In this document: positions 50,800 through 64,000 of the stretch, piece by piece
Position numbering within the stretch: position 1 is the first letter of the stretch
Layout of the letters: each line of letters begins with the position of its first letter
Origin: Heptranchias perlo
Taxonomy: Eukaryota
Assembly: GCF_035084215.1 (NCBI RefSeq)
Contig: NC_090359.1
Location: 13,950,001 to 14,014,000 of the forward strand
Reading direction: 5' to 3'
Length of the DNA: 64,000 nucleotides
The notes under the pieces: model-generated
Told to the model about the DNA's origin: nothing
Database searches by the model: none
What the model saw: the letters and a program-made list of their open reading frames with translations, nothing else
Made by a program: the position numbers and the translations under genes

Positions 50800-51530
50800 A
50801 GTGGAAATAGTTTTCCCTCATTTACTTTATCAAAACCCCCTCATAATTTTGATCCCCACTCTCTGATCTTATTTGAACTTCTCTGCTGTCATGAAAAGTT
50901 ATGTCAAGACTCTCATCCTTGGGATCATCTTAGTGAATCTCTTCTGCCCCTCTCCATGGCCGCGACATTCTTACTGAAGTAATGCACCAAAAACTGGACA
51001 CAATATTCTGACTGTGGCCTGACCCATGATTTGTCCAGGTGTAGCATTAACTCTTTCCTTTTATAATCTATGCCCCTATTTATAAATCCTAGGATCCCAT
51101 GGGGGTTTTTGCAAAACAGCTTTATCAACTTGTCCTCCCACTTTTTTAAAGATTTGTGTATCTGAATCCCTAAATCTCTCTGCTCCTCTACTCCTTTTAC
51201 AGTTTTACAGTATAGTGTCTATTTCCTCTCCTTATTCTTCTCACCTCACATCTCTCCCCATTAAATTCCATCTCACATCTACCTGCCCAAACTGCTCACC
51301 TGTCTGCCTCCTCCTGAAGTTGTTGACAATCCTCTTCATGGTTAATCTCACTCCTTATCTTTGTGGCAGCTGCAAATTTTGATATTGTGCCCCTTACACC
51401 CAGGTCCAGATCATTTCTATCCACAGATATTGAGAAAAGCAATGGTGCCAACACTGACCCCGGGGATCGCCACTGTTTAAATCCTTCCAGTGCAAGAAAC
51501 ATCTGTTAACCACAACTCTCAGTTTTCTGT
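50800..51530 (-). mobile_element. Decayed CR1 RT fragment
   Basis: ORFs 50925..51128 (VRPQSEYCVQF) and 51296..51502 (PGSVLAPLLF). Confidence 0.85.
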
Positions 51531-51889
51531 CCTTTTATCCATGCAATCTCTCATTTCTCTCCAACTTCTCACATTTCTATCCCTTCGTTCTCATGCACAA
51601 ACAGGCTCTCTTCCCCTTTCCTCTCTCTCTTGCACACAGACTGTTTCTCTTTCCTGTCTCCAATATTCTCTCTTGCCCGTTCTCACAAACCCTTTCTCCC
51701 TCTCCATCTCCCTCCCACTCGACCTCTCAGACTCTCCTTCATCCAGATGCAGACTCTCCGAGACACACTCTCAGACTCTCCGAGACTCATTCCCTCTCTC
51801 ACACAGACTCTCTGTGACTCACTCCCTCTCTCACACAGATTCTCCGAGACTCATTCCCTCTCTCACACTATTTTACCCACTTTTCAGAG

Positions 51890-54290
51890 AAACTTACAGA
51901 ACAGAAGGAGGCCATTCATCGTGCCTTTGAAAGAGCTGTCCAATTTAGTCCCACACTCCAACTCTTTCCCCATAACCCTGCATATTAGTCCTCTTCAAGT
52001 ATATGTCTAATTGCCCTTTCAAAATTCCCATGGAATCTGATTCCACCACCCTTTCAGGGAGTGCGTTTCAGATCTTAACAACTCTCTGTATGAAGAAAAA
52101 CTTCTCCTCATTTCCTCTCTAGTTCTTTTGCCAATTATTTTAAATCTACGACCTCTGGTTACCGACCCGCTTGCCAGAGGAAACCGAGCAAGTAGGGAGA
52201 AACTATCAAAACCCCTCTTGATTTTGAACACCTCTATTAAATCTCCCCTTATCCCCGGCTCTAAGGAGAACAATCCCAGCTTCTCCAACCTCTCCACATA
52301 ACTGATGTCCCTCATCCCTGGTACCATCCTGGTAAACCTCCTCTGTACCCTCTCCATGACCTTGACATCCTTCCGAAAGTGCGGTGCCCAGAGTTGTCCA
52401 CAATACTCCAGCTGAGGCCTAACCAGTGATTTGTAAAGGTTCAGCATGACTTCCTCGTTTTTGTATTCAATGCCCCTATTTACAAAGCCAAGTTTCCCAT
52501 ACCCTTTCTTAACCATCTTATCAATTTGCCCTGCCACCTTCAAAGATTTGTGACTCTGTACCCCAGGTCCCTCTGTTCTTGCACTCCCCTCAAAATAGTC
52601 CCATTTAGATTATACTGCCTGTCCGCTTTGTTCCTCCCAAAGTGCATCACTTCACACTTGTCCGTCTTAAATTGCATCTGCCCTGTGTCTGCCCATTTTA
52701 CCAGTCTGTCGATGTCCTCCTGAAATCTGCTACTATCCTCCTCACTATTTACTACGTTGCTAAGTCCTGTATCAGTCGCAAACTTTGAAACTGTGCTCCC
52801 GAAACCCAAATCCAGGTCATTTTGATATAACAAGAAAAGTAATGGTCCTAATACTGACCCCTGGGGGACCCCACTGCATACTTCTGTCCAGTCAGAAAAG
52901 CATTCGTTCACCACTGCTCTCTGCTTCCTTTCCCCTAGCCAATTACGTACCCAAGTTTCCACCAATTTTTTCCTTTAATCCCATGGGCTTCTGTTTTCCA
53001 AATAAGTCTGTTATGTGATTCTTTATCAAATGCTTTTTGCAAGTCCATATATACAACAGCGACTGCACTACCTCCATCGACCCTCTCTGTTACTTCATCG
53101 AAGAATTCAATCAGGTTAGTCAGATATGGTTTGCCTTTAAGAAATCCGTGCTGGCTGTTCCTTCTTAACCCATGCCTCTCCAAGTGAGAATTAATTTTGT
53201 CCTTGACAATGGTCTCTAGTAGTTTTCCCACCACTGATATTAGACTGACTGGCCCGTAGTTACCAGTTTTATCCCTCTCTCCTTTTTTGAACAGGGGTGT
53301 AACATTTCCAATCCTCCAGTCCTCTGGCACCACTCCCATATCCAAGGAGGATTGAAAGATTGTGGTCAGAGCTTCTGCTATCACCACCCTTGCTTCCCTC
53401 AGCAGCCTGGGATGCATCCCACCTGGACCGGGGGACTTGTTAACTTTGAGTGATGCCAACCTATTTCGAACCTCCTTTCTATCTATTTTGATCCTATCCA
53501 ATATCTCTACTCCCTCCTCCTCTACTGCGACATTAACTTCATCCTCTTCTTTTGTGAAGACAGATGCAAAGTCCTCATTCAGTACCTCAGTCATGCCCTC
53601 TGCCTCCACAAGCAGATTTCCTATTTTATCCCTAACCGGCCCCACCATTCCTTTTATCCTTTTACTTTTTATATTTTTATAAAAGTTTTTGGGTTCCCAT
53701 TTATGTTACTTGCTAATCTTTTCTCATATTCTCTCTTTGCCCTTCTTATATCCTTTTCAATTTCCCCCTGCACACTCTCCTGGTTGTGTACTGTATTCTG
53801 TACCTGACAGTGGTCATAAACCTTTTTCTGTTTTATTTTAAGCTCTATTTCCTTTGTCATCCAGGGAGCTCGAGCTTTGGATGCCATATCTTTGCTCCTT
53901 ATGGGAAAATCCTTGGTTTATACCCGAACTATCTCCACCTTGAAGACCTGCCATTGCTCATTTACTGTTTGTTGGCCAATCTTTGTTTCCAGTCCACCTG
54001 TGCTCGATCCCTTCTCAAATCACTGAAATTGGCTCTCTTTCAGTTGGATATTTTCACCTTTGATTTTTCTTTGTCCCTTTCTGTAATTACTTTAAACCTA
54101 ATTATATTATGATCACTATTACCCAGATGTTCTCTCACTGAAATACACTCCACTTGCCTTACATCATTCACTAAAACTCGATCCAGCACTGCTTCCTTCC
54201 TCGTTGGGCTAGAAATATACTAATTAAGAAAGTTCTCCTGTACAAATTTTTCAAATTCTTCACCCTCTCTCCCTTTCAATTACTATAATC
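51890..54290 (-). mobile_element. CR1 LINE ORF2 (frameshifted) with 3' end
   Basis: ORFs 53669..53887, 52935..53648 (KSPGPGGMHPRLL, DLQKAFD), 52540..52965, 52019..52543. Confidence 0.95.
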
Positions 54291-54654
54291 CCCTGCGTCT
54301 GTCTTTAAGGGACCACATTACTCTGAGTCACCTTCTTTCTCTTAATATACTTGTAAAAACCTTTAGTGTTGTCCTTGATATCCCTCACAAACTGGAGTTG
54401 GCAGCTGATATTGTGACTGAATTTAATCCATGTAAAGAGCGGAAAGAAAAGAACAATTTAATGTTAAAGTAAATCAATCAAATGCCATTAATGACAAATA
54501 TATTCAAATTAAATATAATCATCGTCTCAAAAATAGTCCTGTTGTATTCCAGTGACAGATTCTGGAATCTAATCAGCCGCGAGGAGATGTCGGACAGCTG
54601 CCCAGTGAGACTCGGCCTGTGATGGTTCCTCCCTTCCTCTGGGTAAGCACCTTG

Positions 54655-55420
54655 GCCAATATCGCCTTTAATGTAGTAAAACACCCTCAGGTGATTCACA
54701 GGCGTGATTATCAATCAGAATTTAACACCGAGCCACATAAGGAGGTATTAGGACAGGTGACCAAAAGCTTGACCAAAGAGATAGGCTTAAGGGACGTCTT
54801 AGAGGAGGAGAGAAAGAGAAGGAATTCCAGAGCTTAGGATCAATGCAGCTGAAGACACGGCCGCCAATGGTGGAACGATTAAAATCGTCGATGCGCGTGA
54901 GGCCAGAATTAGAGGAGCGTGGAGATCTTGGAGGGTTGTAGGGCTGGAGGAGGTCACAGAGATAGGCAGGGGCGAGGCCATGGAGAGATTTGAAAAGAAG
55001 GATGAGAATTTTAAAATCAAGGTGTTGCCGGACTGGGAACTAATGTAGGTCAGCGAGCACAGGGGTGATGGGGTGAACGGGACTTGGTGCGAGATAAAAT
55101 ACGGGAGTTTTGGACGAGCTGAAGTTTATGGAGGATGGAAGATGGGAGGCCAGCCAGGAGAGTATTGGAACAGTCAAGTCGAGAGATAACAAAGGCATGG
55201 ATAAGGGTTTCAGCAGCAGATGAGCTGAGGCAGGTGTGGAGACGGGCGATGTTATGGAGGAGGAAGTGGGCGGACTTTGTGATGGAGCGGCTATATGGTC
55301 AGAAACTCATCTCAGGGTCAAATAGGACACCAAGGTTGTGAATGGTCTGGTTCAGCCTCAGACAGTGACCGGGGAGAGGGATGGAGTCGGTGACGAGGGA
55401 ACGGTGTTTTTGGTGGGGAC
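54655..55420 (-). mobile_element. L2-type LINE 3' portion
   Basis: Minus strand VRNLGVLFDPE-like, HAFVISRLDCSN, RLDFKILILLFKSLHG motifs; L2 tail. Confidence 0.85.
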
Positions 55421-56089
55421 CAATTGAGCCAAGTGTTACTGTGGACGCTGCACGTGATCTGCTACAGAAAATGGATCAACTGATTTAGCAAATGAGATCA
55501 CCTACAATTCAACATAATAAATGCCCTGAATCTCAATAAAATGAATAATCTGTGAATCAAAATAGCTGAGATAATCTTAAAGAATGGCTGACCTGCAGCA
55601 TGAACACAGCTGTCTGTGGGCCTGTCTGTCTATCTACCTGTCTGTCTCCCTTTCTGTCTCCAACCTGCCTGTTTGCTTCACTTGCTCACTCACGGTCGGT
55701 CTGTCCCTTGACCTCTCTCACTATTCCTGTTTCCCCTGCTTTTGTGCCGCCCAGTCTCTGCATGCTGGTTTCTCTCACTTCCTCCTTGTCCCATTTCACT
55801 TGCTCCGCATCCCTCTCCCTTGCTCCCCATCTCCTATTCTCTCCCAACCGAGTTCTCATCTCTGCGTCCACCTTACTCTGTTTCCTTACCCCTCCCTCTC
55901 TCCATTCCTTCTCATCCCTCTCTGTCATCCCCATCAATCGCTCTTTACCCTCTCTCTTCCCTCCCACTCCGTCCCCATCCACTTTCTCTCTGTGCCTGAC
56001 CCTGCTCTCCTTTTAATTTCTCGGACACATTTTCGACACAATCCCCGTGTTTTGCCCCGTCCCTAGATCTCTCTGTCTGCAGTCCATCC

Positions 56090-58245
56090 CTTTCTGGAGG
56101 AGGGCCAATTTCAGTGGGATGAGAACAGATCTGGCCCGGGTTAATTGGAATCATAGATTGGCAGGGAAAACTGTAATTGAACAGTGGGCGGCCTTTAAAG
56201 AGGAGATAATTCGGGTACAGACAAAGTACATTCCAATGAGGGAGAAAGGTAGGGCAACTAAAGCCAGAGCTCCCTGGATGACAACGGAGATAGAGAATAA
56301 GACGAAGCGGAAAAAAGTGGTGTATGGCAGGTATCAGGTTGATAAAACAAGTGAGAACCAGGCAGAATATAGAAAGTTCAGAGGGGAAGTGAAAAGGAAA
56401 TAAGAGGAGCAAAGAGAGAGTATGAGAATAGACTAGCGACCAACATAAAAGGGAATCCAAAAGTCTTCTACAGATATGTTAACAGTAAACAGGTAAAACG
56501 AGGAGGGGTGGGGCTGATTATGGACCATAACGGAGATCTACTCATGGAGGCAGTGGGCATGGCTGAGGTATTAAATGAATACTTTGCATCTGTCTTTACC
56601 AAGGAAGAAGATGCTGCCAGAGTCTCGGTAAAGGAAGATATTGTTAAAATACTGGATGGGCTAAAAATTGATAAAGAAGAGGTACTAGAAAGGCTGGCTG
56701 TACTTAAAATAGATAAGTCAACTGGTCTGGATGGGATGCACCCGAGGATGCTGAGGGAAGTAAGGGGGGAAATTGCAGAGGTACTGGCCATAATCTTCCA
56801 AACAACCTTGGATACGGGAGTGGTGCCAGAGGATTGGAAAATTGCAAATGTTACACCCTTGTTCAAAAAAGAGTGTAAGGATAAACCCAGCAATAACAGG
56901 CCAGTCAGTTTAATCTCGGTGGTGGGGAAACTTCTGGAAACAATAATACTGGACAGAATTAACAGTCACTTCGACGAGTGTGGATTGATCAGAGAAAGCC
57001 AACACGGATTTGTTCAAGGCAAATCGTGTTTAACTAACCTAACAGAGAGGGTAGATGAGGGAAATGCGGTTTATTTTGTGTCTTTGGACTTTCAAAAGGC
57101 GTTTGATAAAGTGCCACATGGTAGGCTTGTCATCGAGGTTGTGGCCCATGGAATAAAGGGGGCAATAACAACATGGACACAGAATTGGCTAAGTGACAGG
57201 AAACAGAGAGTAGTGGTGACCGGTTGTTTTTCGGGCTGGAGGGAGGTGCATAGTGGTGTTCCCCAGGAGTTGGTTCTGGGACTACTGCTTTTCTTGATAT
57301 ATATTAAGGACTTGGACTCGGATGTACAGGGCACATTTTCAAATTTGCAGATGACACGAGACTTGGAAGGGTAGTGTACAGTGCAGAGGATAGTGATAGA
57401 CTTCAAGAGGATATAGACAGGCTAGTGGCATGGGCGGAAACGTGGCAGATGAAATTTAACCCAGATAAATGTGAGGTGATACATTTCGGTAGCAACGAGG
57501 AGAGGCAATATAAACTAGAGGGCAAAATTCTAAAAGGGGTACAGGAAAAGAGAGATCTGGGGGTATTTGTGCACAAATCGTTGAAGCTGGCAGGGCAGGT
57601 TGAGAAAGCGGTTAAAAAAGCAGATGAGCCCTGGGCTTTATAAATAGAGGCTTAGAGTACAAAAGTAAGGAAGTCATGATGAACCTTTATAAAATACTGG
57701 TTCGACCACAACTGGAATATTGTGTCCAGTTCTGGGCACTGCACTTTAGTAAAGATGTGAAGGCCTCAGAGAGGGTGCAGAAGAGATTTACTAGAATGAT
57801 TCCAGGGATGAAAGACTTTAATTATGTGGATAGACTGGAGAAACTGGGGTTGTTCTCTTTGGAACAGAGAAGGTTGAGAGGAGAGTTGATAGAGGTATTC
57901 AAAATCATAAAGGGTCCAGAGAGAAACTGTTCCCATTGGCTGAAGGGTCAAGAACCAGAGGGCATAGATTTAAGGTGATTGGCAAAAGAACCGAAGGTGA
58001 TATGATGTGAAACTTTTTTACACAGCGAGTGGTTATGATCTGGAATGCGCTGCCTGAGGGGGTGGTGGAGGCAGATTCAATCATGGCCTTTAAAAGGGAA
58101 CTGGATAAGTAGTTGAAAGTAAAAAATTTTCAGGGCTACGGGGATAGGGCGGGGGAATGGGACTAGCTGGATTGCTCTTGCACAGAGCTGACATGGACTG
58201 GATGGGCTGAATGGCCTCCTTCCATGCTGTAATCTTTCTATGACT
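56090..58245 (+). mobile_element. CR1 LINE ORF2 (frameshifted) with 3' end
   Basis: ORFs 56047..56403, 56508..57374, 57374..57643, 57676..57978. Confidence 0.95.
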
Positions 58246-58254
58246 CGAAGAGTA

Positions 58255-59345
58255 AACCGTATGACTCTGCCTAATCATATTTTGATTTTCTAGGTGCCCT
58301 GTTACTACGTCCTTAATGATAGATTCCAGCATTTTCCCTAACTATTGATGTCAAGCTAACTAGCCAAGAGTTCCCTCTTTTCTCTCTCACTCCTTTCTTA
58401 AATGGCGCGGTTACATTTGCTGCCTTGCAATCCACAGGGACCATTCTAGAATCTGGGGAATTCTGTAAGATCACAACCAATGCATCCACTATCTCTGCAG
58501 TCACCTCTTTTAAAACCCGAGGATGTCGGCCATCAGGTCCAGGGGGTTTCTCGGCTTTCAGTCCCATTAATTTCTCCAGTACTTTTTCTTTACTAATATT
58601 AATTACTTTAAGTTCCTCACTCTCATTAGGCCCTTGGTTCCCCACTGTTTCCGGTATGTTTTTTGTGTCATCTGCTGTGACGACAGATACAAAATATTTG
58701 TTTCACATCTCTGCCATTTCCTTAATCCCCATTATAATTTCTTCTGTCTCTGCCTCTAAGGGACCCACGATTACTTTCACTCATCTCTTCCTTTTCACAT
58801 ACTTGTGGAAGCTCTTACAATCTGTTTTTATATTTCTTGTTGGTTTACTGTCAGATTCAATTTTCTCCCTCTTTATGAATTTTTGGTCATCCTTGGCTGA
58901 TTTCTAAAACTCTCCCAATCCTCAGGCTAACTACGCTTTTTGACTACATTGTAAGCCTCTGCTTTTCATCTAATATTATCCTTAAATTCTCTAATTAGCC
59001 ACAATTGTACCACTTTTCCCGTGGAGTTTTATTCCTCAAGGGAATGTATATTAGTTGAGAATTATGAATCATTTCTTTAAATATTTGCCATTGTTTGTCT
59101 GCCGTTATATCTTTTAATCTAATTTCCCAATCTACCTCAGCCAACTCGCCCCTCAAACCTACATAATTGGCTTTGTTTGTTTCAGACCCTAGTTTCGGAC
59201 TTAACCACATCACTCTCAAACTGAATATGAAATTCTATCGTATTATGTTCACTCTCCCCCAGAGGATCCATTACTATAAGTTTATTAATTAACCCTGTCT
59301 CATTACACAATACGAGATCTAAAATAGCCTGTTCCCTGGATGGTT
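58255..59345 (-). mobile_element. CR1 LINE internal fragment
   Basis: ORF 58313..58645 KPPGPDGRHPRVLKE..ANVTAPFKKG. Confidence 0.9.
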
Positions 59346-61236
59346 CCTCTACCAATTAAGTACTTTTAAAGTCTAGTTGCTGCTTTACTGTCGGAAACAC
59401 GGCAGTACATTGAACACAGTAAGGTCCCACAAACAGCAATGTGATAATGACCAGATCATCTGTTTTAGTGATGTTGGTTGAGGGATAAAAATTATAATTG
59501 AATTTAAAAGACCGGTCCAGCAGTAAGATACGGGTTTTCACCCACCTGCCATGTTTCTAAACCCGACCTTACCACTGGGGAAGATACCAAGCAAAGGCTG
59601 GGCCAGGGAGGCAGGGACTCTCCACAGGTGGTGGGGGGAGATCAAGGGAGAATTGCCCAGGTTGCTCTTACACCCTCCAATAGTGGCTGGATTCAGACCA
59701 GCAATGGTGGAGGTCGAAGACCCAGAGAAGGGGAGAAATGGCCTCAGATATAGAAATGACCGAGGCTCAGTGTTCATCACTGTGGAGTAGTTTACAATTC
59801 AGCAAATATATTGTCCACACGGAGAAAATTGTCCACCACAGCCAACTTATCAGGCGGGTAGAAGTGAACTCTTCGAGGAGTCGCGTTTCCCTTAAAAACT
59901 CTCCAGCCAAATGGTAATGTCCCTTTAAATTTACAATCCTGCCACACCAGTCATCGCCAGCTTGAATGTGTTGTGTCAGATCCTCTATCCAAGCAGTTTT
60001 CTGCTCCTGTCACTGTGACTCATTTCTGTTACACACCAGAGAGAGAGAGAGAGAGAATGTACTGCAAGTCTATTTATAAATCTCAGCCCATCTCCCCATC
60101 ACTCACTGAAACATTGTTGGTGCAGAGGGGTGATTAAGCAACACATATTTCTCCCTGTACCTTTCTGCCAGCTGAAATGTGTCCATTATAATGAGAACAG
60201 GTGATGTGCCACATAAGTCCAGTGCCTGGCATGTGATCCTTGGCACATTTATACACAGAGGCACCCTCAGAAAAGGTGGCAAATACCATGGCACTATTTT
60301 GGATGGAGAGGGCCTGAGGCTTAATTGCGACAGGCCTTTCCCCACAATATATGTGTGAGTGACAGGAGACACAGACGGAGACACGGGAGAGACAGACGGG
60401 GAGAGAGAGACAGACAGACAGACATGGGAGAGACAGACGCAGATATTAAAACGTACCCTTGTTTTAGATGGAGTATGACTTAAAAGCAAAGTAATGCATT
60501 GTTTCATTGACTAGTAATGTGGTGAATAGTTACGAATAGACCCGAACTCATTCATAACACCTGCAAGAATAACTTGCAGTTATAGCTTTCCCTCCAGTGG
60601 CACATGTGGACTATCATGCAATGTGAAACAGGGTGATTTTAACTCTCCCTGATCGCAGGAGCAGTTAAAATGGAGCAGCTCCATTTCCTGCTCCATTCCC
60701 GTCAATCGGCCGTTTTAACGCCACTCATCTTGGCGTTTAACGAGTCTCCCGCCGGACTCCTCGATCACATCATAACCCCTGAAATTTAACCCACTTCTGA
60801 GCAGGGAGGCCACCCCACAGGGGGAACCTGTCGAGAAGCCTGCAAGACACACTGAGGTAAGTTTAAAAAATAAACTGACCTTTGAGTAAATAAGGAGAAA
60901 TTGTTTCCACTGACAGGAGGGTTGATAACCAGAAAAAAACAGATTGAAGATAATTGACATCTAATCCAAATACATTGGGCCCGGTGTTACCAGGGCTGCG
61001 GATTCTCGGCGGGGGGGCTATCGGGCACGTGGGTAACGCGCCCGGTGAAATCAGTCAGCTCCCCGCGCGATCGTAGCATAAATGGATCCACTTACCTGGT
61101 CTTCCGGGATCCCCACTGCTGATCTGCCCGTCGGGCGGACTGCGCGTGCACAGTCAGATCCGTCAGCTGGAGGAGCTCTATTTAAAGGGGCAGTCCTCCA
61201 CTGACACATGCTGCAACAAATAGAAAAAATTACAGC

Positions 61237-61495
61237 ATGGAGCAGCCCAGGGGGAAGGCTGCTCCCAGTTTAATGATGCCTCAGTCCAGGTATCAATACA
61301 TGGGGTGAGGTGAAGGGGGAGGACCGAGATCGTCCCCCCCCCCCCGCCCCCCCGACGGGCGGGAGGAAGCGGCCTGCCTCTGCCACCAGGAAGGCCTGGC
61401 TCGAGGTGGCAGAGGAGGTCACCAGCACCACCAACATATCGCCCACCTGCATACAGTGCAGGAGGCGCTCCAATGACCTCAGTAGGTCAGCCAAA
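61237..61495 (+). pseudogene. Harbinger Myb/SANT-like (NAIF1-type) DNA-binding protein, exon 1, frameshifted
   Basis: MEQPRGKAAP..F; RKAWLEVAEEVTS..CIQCRRRSNDL followed by GTGAGT donor. Confidence 0.75.
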
Positions 61496-62024
61496 GTGAG
61501 TACACTTACTCATTCCCCTACACTCCATCTGCCACATCACTGCCCCCACCCCACACCTCCTTCTGCACTGCCAACACTACTCTGTCACATCACCCCTCAT
61601 ACCCACTCAAACCTCATCCTCATCTTACCTGCACCTACTCACCTCGCCAGTACTCATCCCGCCACTAGCACTCAACCCAATCCTCATACAATATCATGGC
61701 TCTATCTCATACTCACCCTCTCATGCATCTCTTTCACAGTCAGCCTCACTCAACCTGCCACTACCTGTGCTGCAGCCACAGGGCATGCATCACATATGTG
61801 CAGCAGGAAGCGTAAGGCAAACGTGTCGTGAGCATGAAGGGGATGCACAAGGGTGTTTGAGGGTTTGTCATGGTGTTTACCTGTATTTAATTTCTGAGCA
61901 ACTCACATCACAGATTATATTGGCACCACTGCTGCCATGTCTTCGCGAATCTTGTCTGGTTTGTGCAATAATGCCCTTTCCTGAGGATCACTATGAAGAC
62001 CCACAACTGATGCCACCCATTGTG

Positions 62025-62492
62025 TCACTGCAGAGTGGGTGTAGGTGTATTTGCAGGGCTCTTTTGTGCAGACGGCTGAGAGACGTCAGCGATGTCCCCG
62101 GTTGCACCCTGGAAGGATGCGGAGGAGAAGTTGTTGAGGGCAGTGGTGACTTTGACAGCGACAGGTAAGAAGATGGTGCTCGGGCCAGCCAGGAGCAGCT
62201 TGGCATGAAGGAGGCTGCAGATGTCCACGACTACATGTCGAGTGACTCTGAGCCTCCGTGTGCACTGCTGCTCAGAGAGGTCCAGGAAGCTGAGCCTCGG
62301 TCTGTGGACCCTGTGGCGAGGGTAGTGCCCTCTGCGACGCATCTCTCTCTGCGGTAGCCCTCCCTCCTGCTGTACAGGTGGACGTGTCACAGCGCACTGT
62401 TGTGGAGCTCCACGTGTCAGAGGTGGACGGTGAGGCTGGTGATGCTGTTCGCCCTCCGAGGAGGTCATGACTGCAGCTACGGCGGCCCCCAT
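62025..62492 (-). pseudogene. Harbinger transposase N-terminal remnant (HARBI1-like), DDE domain missing
   Basis: RPRLSFLDLSEQQCTRRLR..LPVAVKVTTALNNFSSASFQGATGDIADVSQ. Confidence 0.8.
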
Positions 62493-63127
62493 CCGGAAGA
62501 TGTACATCTGAGGGGGTCCGCAAGGTAGGTACATATCTCTGGACCCCGGGGTAAGTGTGCAAGTTGGTGACTTTGGTTGTCAGGAGGAGGGTGGTGGAGG
62601 CCAAACTTTGTCCCAAGTGACTGAGTGGCCTCCTGCAATGGGTGAGGGTCTCCCCCACCCCCAACCTGTCAAATGGACCTTTGCTGCTGCCACAGGCTGA
62701 CAGCTGCAACAGGTCCATTTGAACTGGGAGTGTTTCCCCCAGTGCGGGAAACAGTCCCAGTTTCCTTTAAAATCCCACCCCTCCTCACATAATCCCTGAA
62801 TCAGGTCAGTTAATGACCTGAACAAGCAAAATAAATACGTTCAAGTGGCATCCCGCTGGCTATAATTGCCTGTGGGATTCCCACCAGCGGGGGCTGCGCG
62901 CGCACGCCGGCGCGTTAGTGGGGAACCCGGAAATGCGTGGTCCCACTCCGGGATTTCCCGATTTTCGGGGCCCCCCCGCCAGGAACGCACCCGATAGCGG
63001 GTGCTAAAATGCTGCCCATTATATACAAGATGGGTAAAAAGAGTTAAGATACAGATTAGCCATGATCTAAATGAATGGCAGAACAGAATTGCGGGAATGA
63101 ATGATCTACTCCTGAGGGTGAGCGTGC

Positions 63128-63930
63128 AGTTCAATGGGCCCTTCCTCTCACTTGATTCAGTTCCATGGACCCTGACAGTCACTGGGGGACAGTTCCATGG
63201 ACCCTGACAGTCACTGGGGGACAGTTCCATGGACCCTGACAGTCACTGGGGTACAGTTCCATGGACCCTGACAGTCACTGGGGTACAGTTCCATGGACCC
63301 TGACAGTCACTGGGGTACAGTTCCATGGACCCTGACAGTCACTGGGGTACAGTCCCATGGGCGATGATTCTCACTGGGGTACAGTTCCATGGGCGATGAT
63401 TCTCACTGGGTACATTTCCATGGGCACCTACTCTCACTGAGGTACAGTTCTGTACACTCTGACTCTCACTGGGGTACAGTTCTGTGCACTCTGGCTCTCA
63501 CTGGGGTACAGTTCTATGGACCCTGACTCTCACTGGGGAACAGTTCTATGCACCCTGACTCTCACTGGGGAACAGTTCCATGCACCCTGACTCTCACTGG
63601 GGAACAGTTCCATGAGGACCTACTCTCTCAGTTCCATGGACATTGTCTGTCACTCGAATACTATTCTGTGGATCCTGACACACTCTGCGAACAGTTCCAT
63701 GAACACTGACACTGGGATACAGTTTCACGGACACTGACACTCACTGGGATACAGTTCCATGGACACTGACTCTCACTGGGATACAGTTCCATGGACACTG
63801 ACTCTCACTGGGATACAGTTCCATGGACACTGACTCTCACTGGGATACATTTCCACGGACACTGACACTCACTGGGATACTGTTCCACGGACACGGTCTC
63901 TCACTGGGATACTGTTCCACGGACGCTGTC
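63128..63930. repeat. 32-bp tandem satellite, ~25 copies
   Basis: Unit GTTCCATGGACCCTGACAGTCACTGGGGTACA; TTCCATGG at 63161, 63193, 63225... Confidence 0.95.
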
Positions 63931-64000
63931 ACTAATAATGAAATACCATGGATGAATAAAGAGATAAGATCAGAATTGAAACTAAAGAAAAAGGCATACA

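Larger units (their letters stand above)
60977..63017. mobile_element. Internally deleted PIF/Harbinger DNA transposon
   Basis: GGGC..GCCC termini flanked by 3-bp ATT direct repeat; convergent Myb/SANT-like remnant (+) and HARBI1-like remnant (-); inserted in a CR1-like 3' end. Confidence 0.8.

Noticed and set aside
55584-56066. Hydrophobic/Ser-Leu-Pro ORFs (also 51490-51930)
   Set aside because: CT-rich low-complexity sequence

Overview
Vertebrate genomic DNA, most likely a cartilaginous fish (shark). The basis is the DeuSINE/SacSINE1-type SINEs, dense CR1/L2 LINEs and a GPR139-like receptor; the species is not determinable by eye. Left 45 kb: a two-exon GPR139-like GPCR (minus), then a co-oriented cluster ZP3-like pseudogene - ferritin H - ferritin H - ferritin H (frameshifted) - intact ZP3-like gene. 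This cluster is invaded by one GC/CpG-rich Tx1-clade non-LTR retrotransposon family: about 10 tailed 3' ends, one near full-length copy and several internally deleted or bipartite copies. Right 19 kb: a CpG-island-like promoter, nested CR1/L2/SINE fragments, a deleted Harbinger DNA transposon and a 32-bp satellite. Most interesting signals: (1) Tx1 tails repeatedly abut the element's own 5' end, and Tx1 junctions sit in ZP3/ferritin promoters; (2) a Tx1 3' end carrying TATAAAAGGGGG has replaced the ZP3 TATA box; (3) ferritin paralogues have almost identical exons but unalignable introns; (4) their iron-responsive elements are broken in three different ways. All alignments and coordinates were done by eye, and repeat boundaries are approximate.
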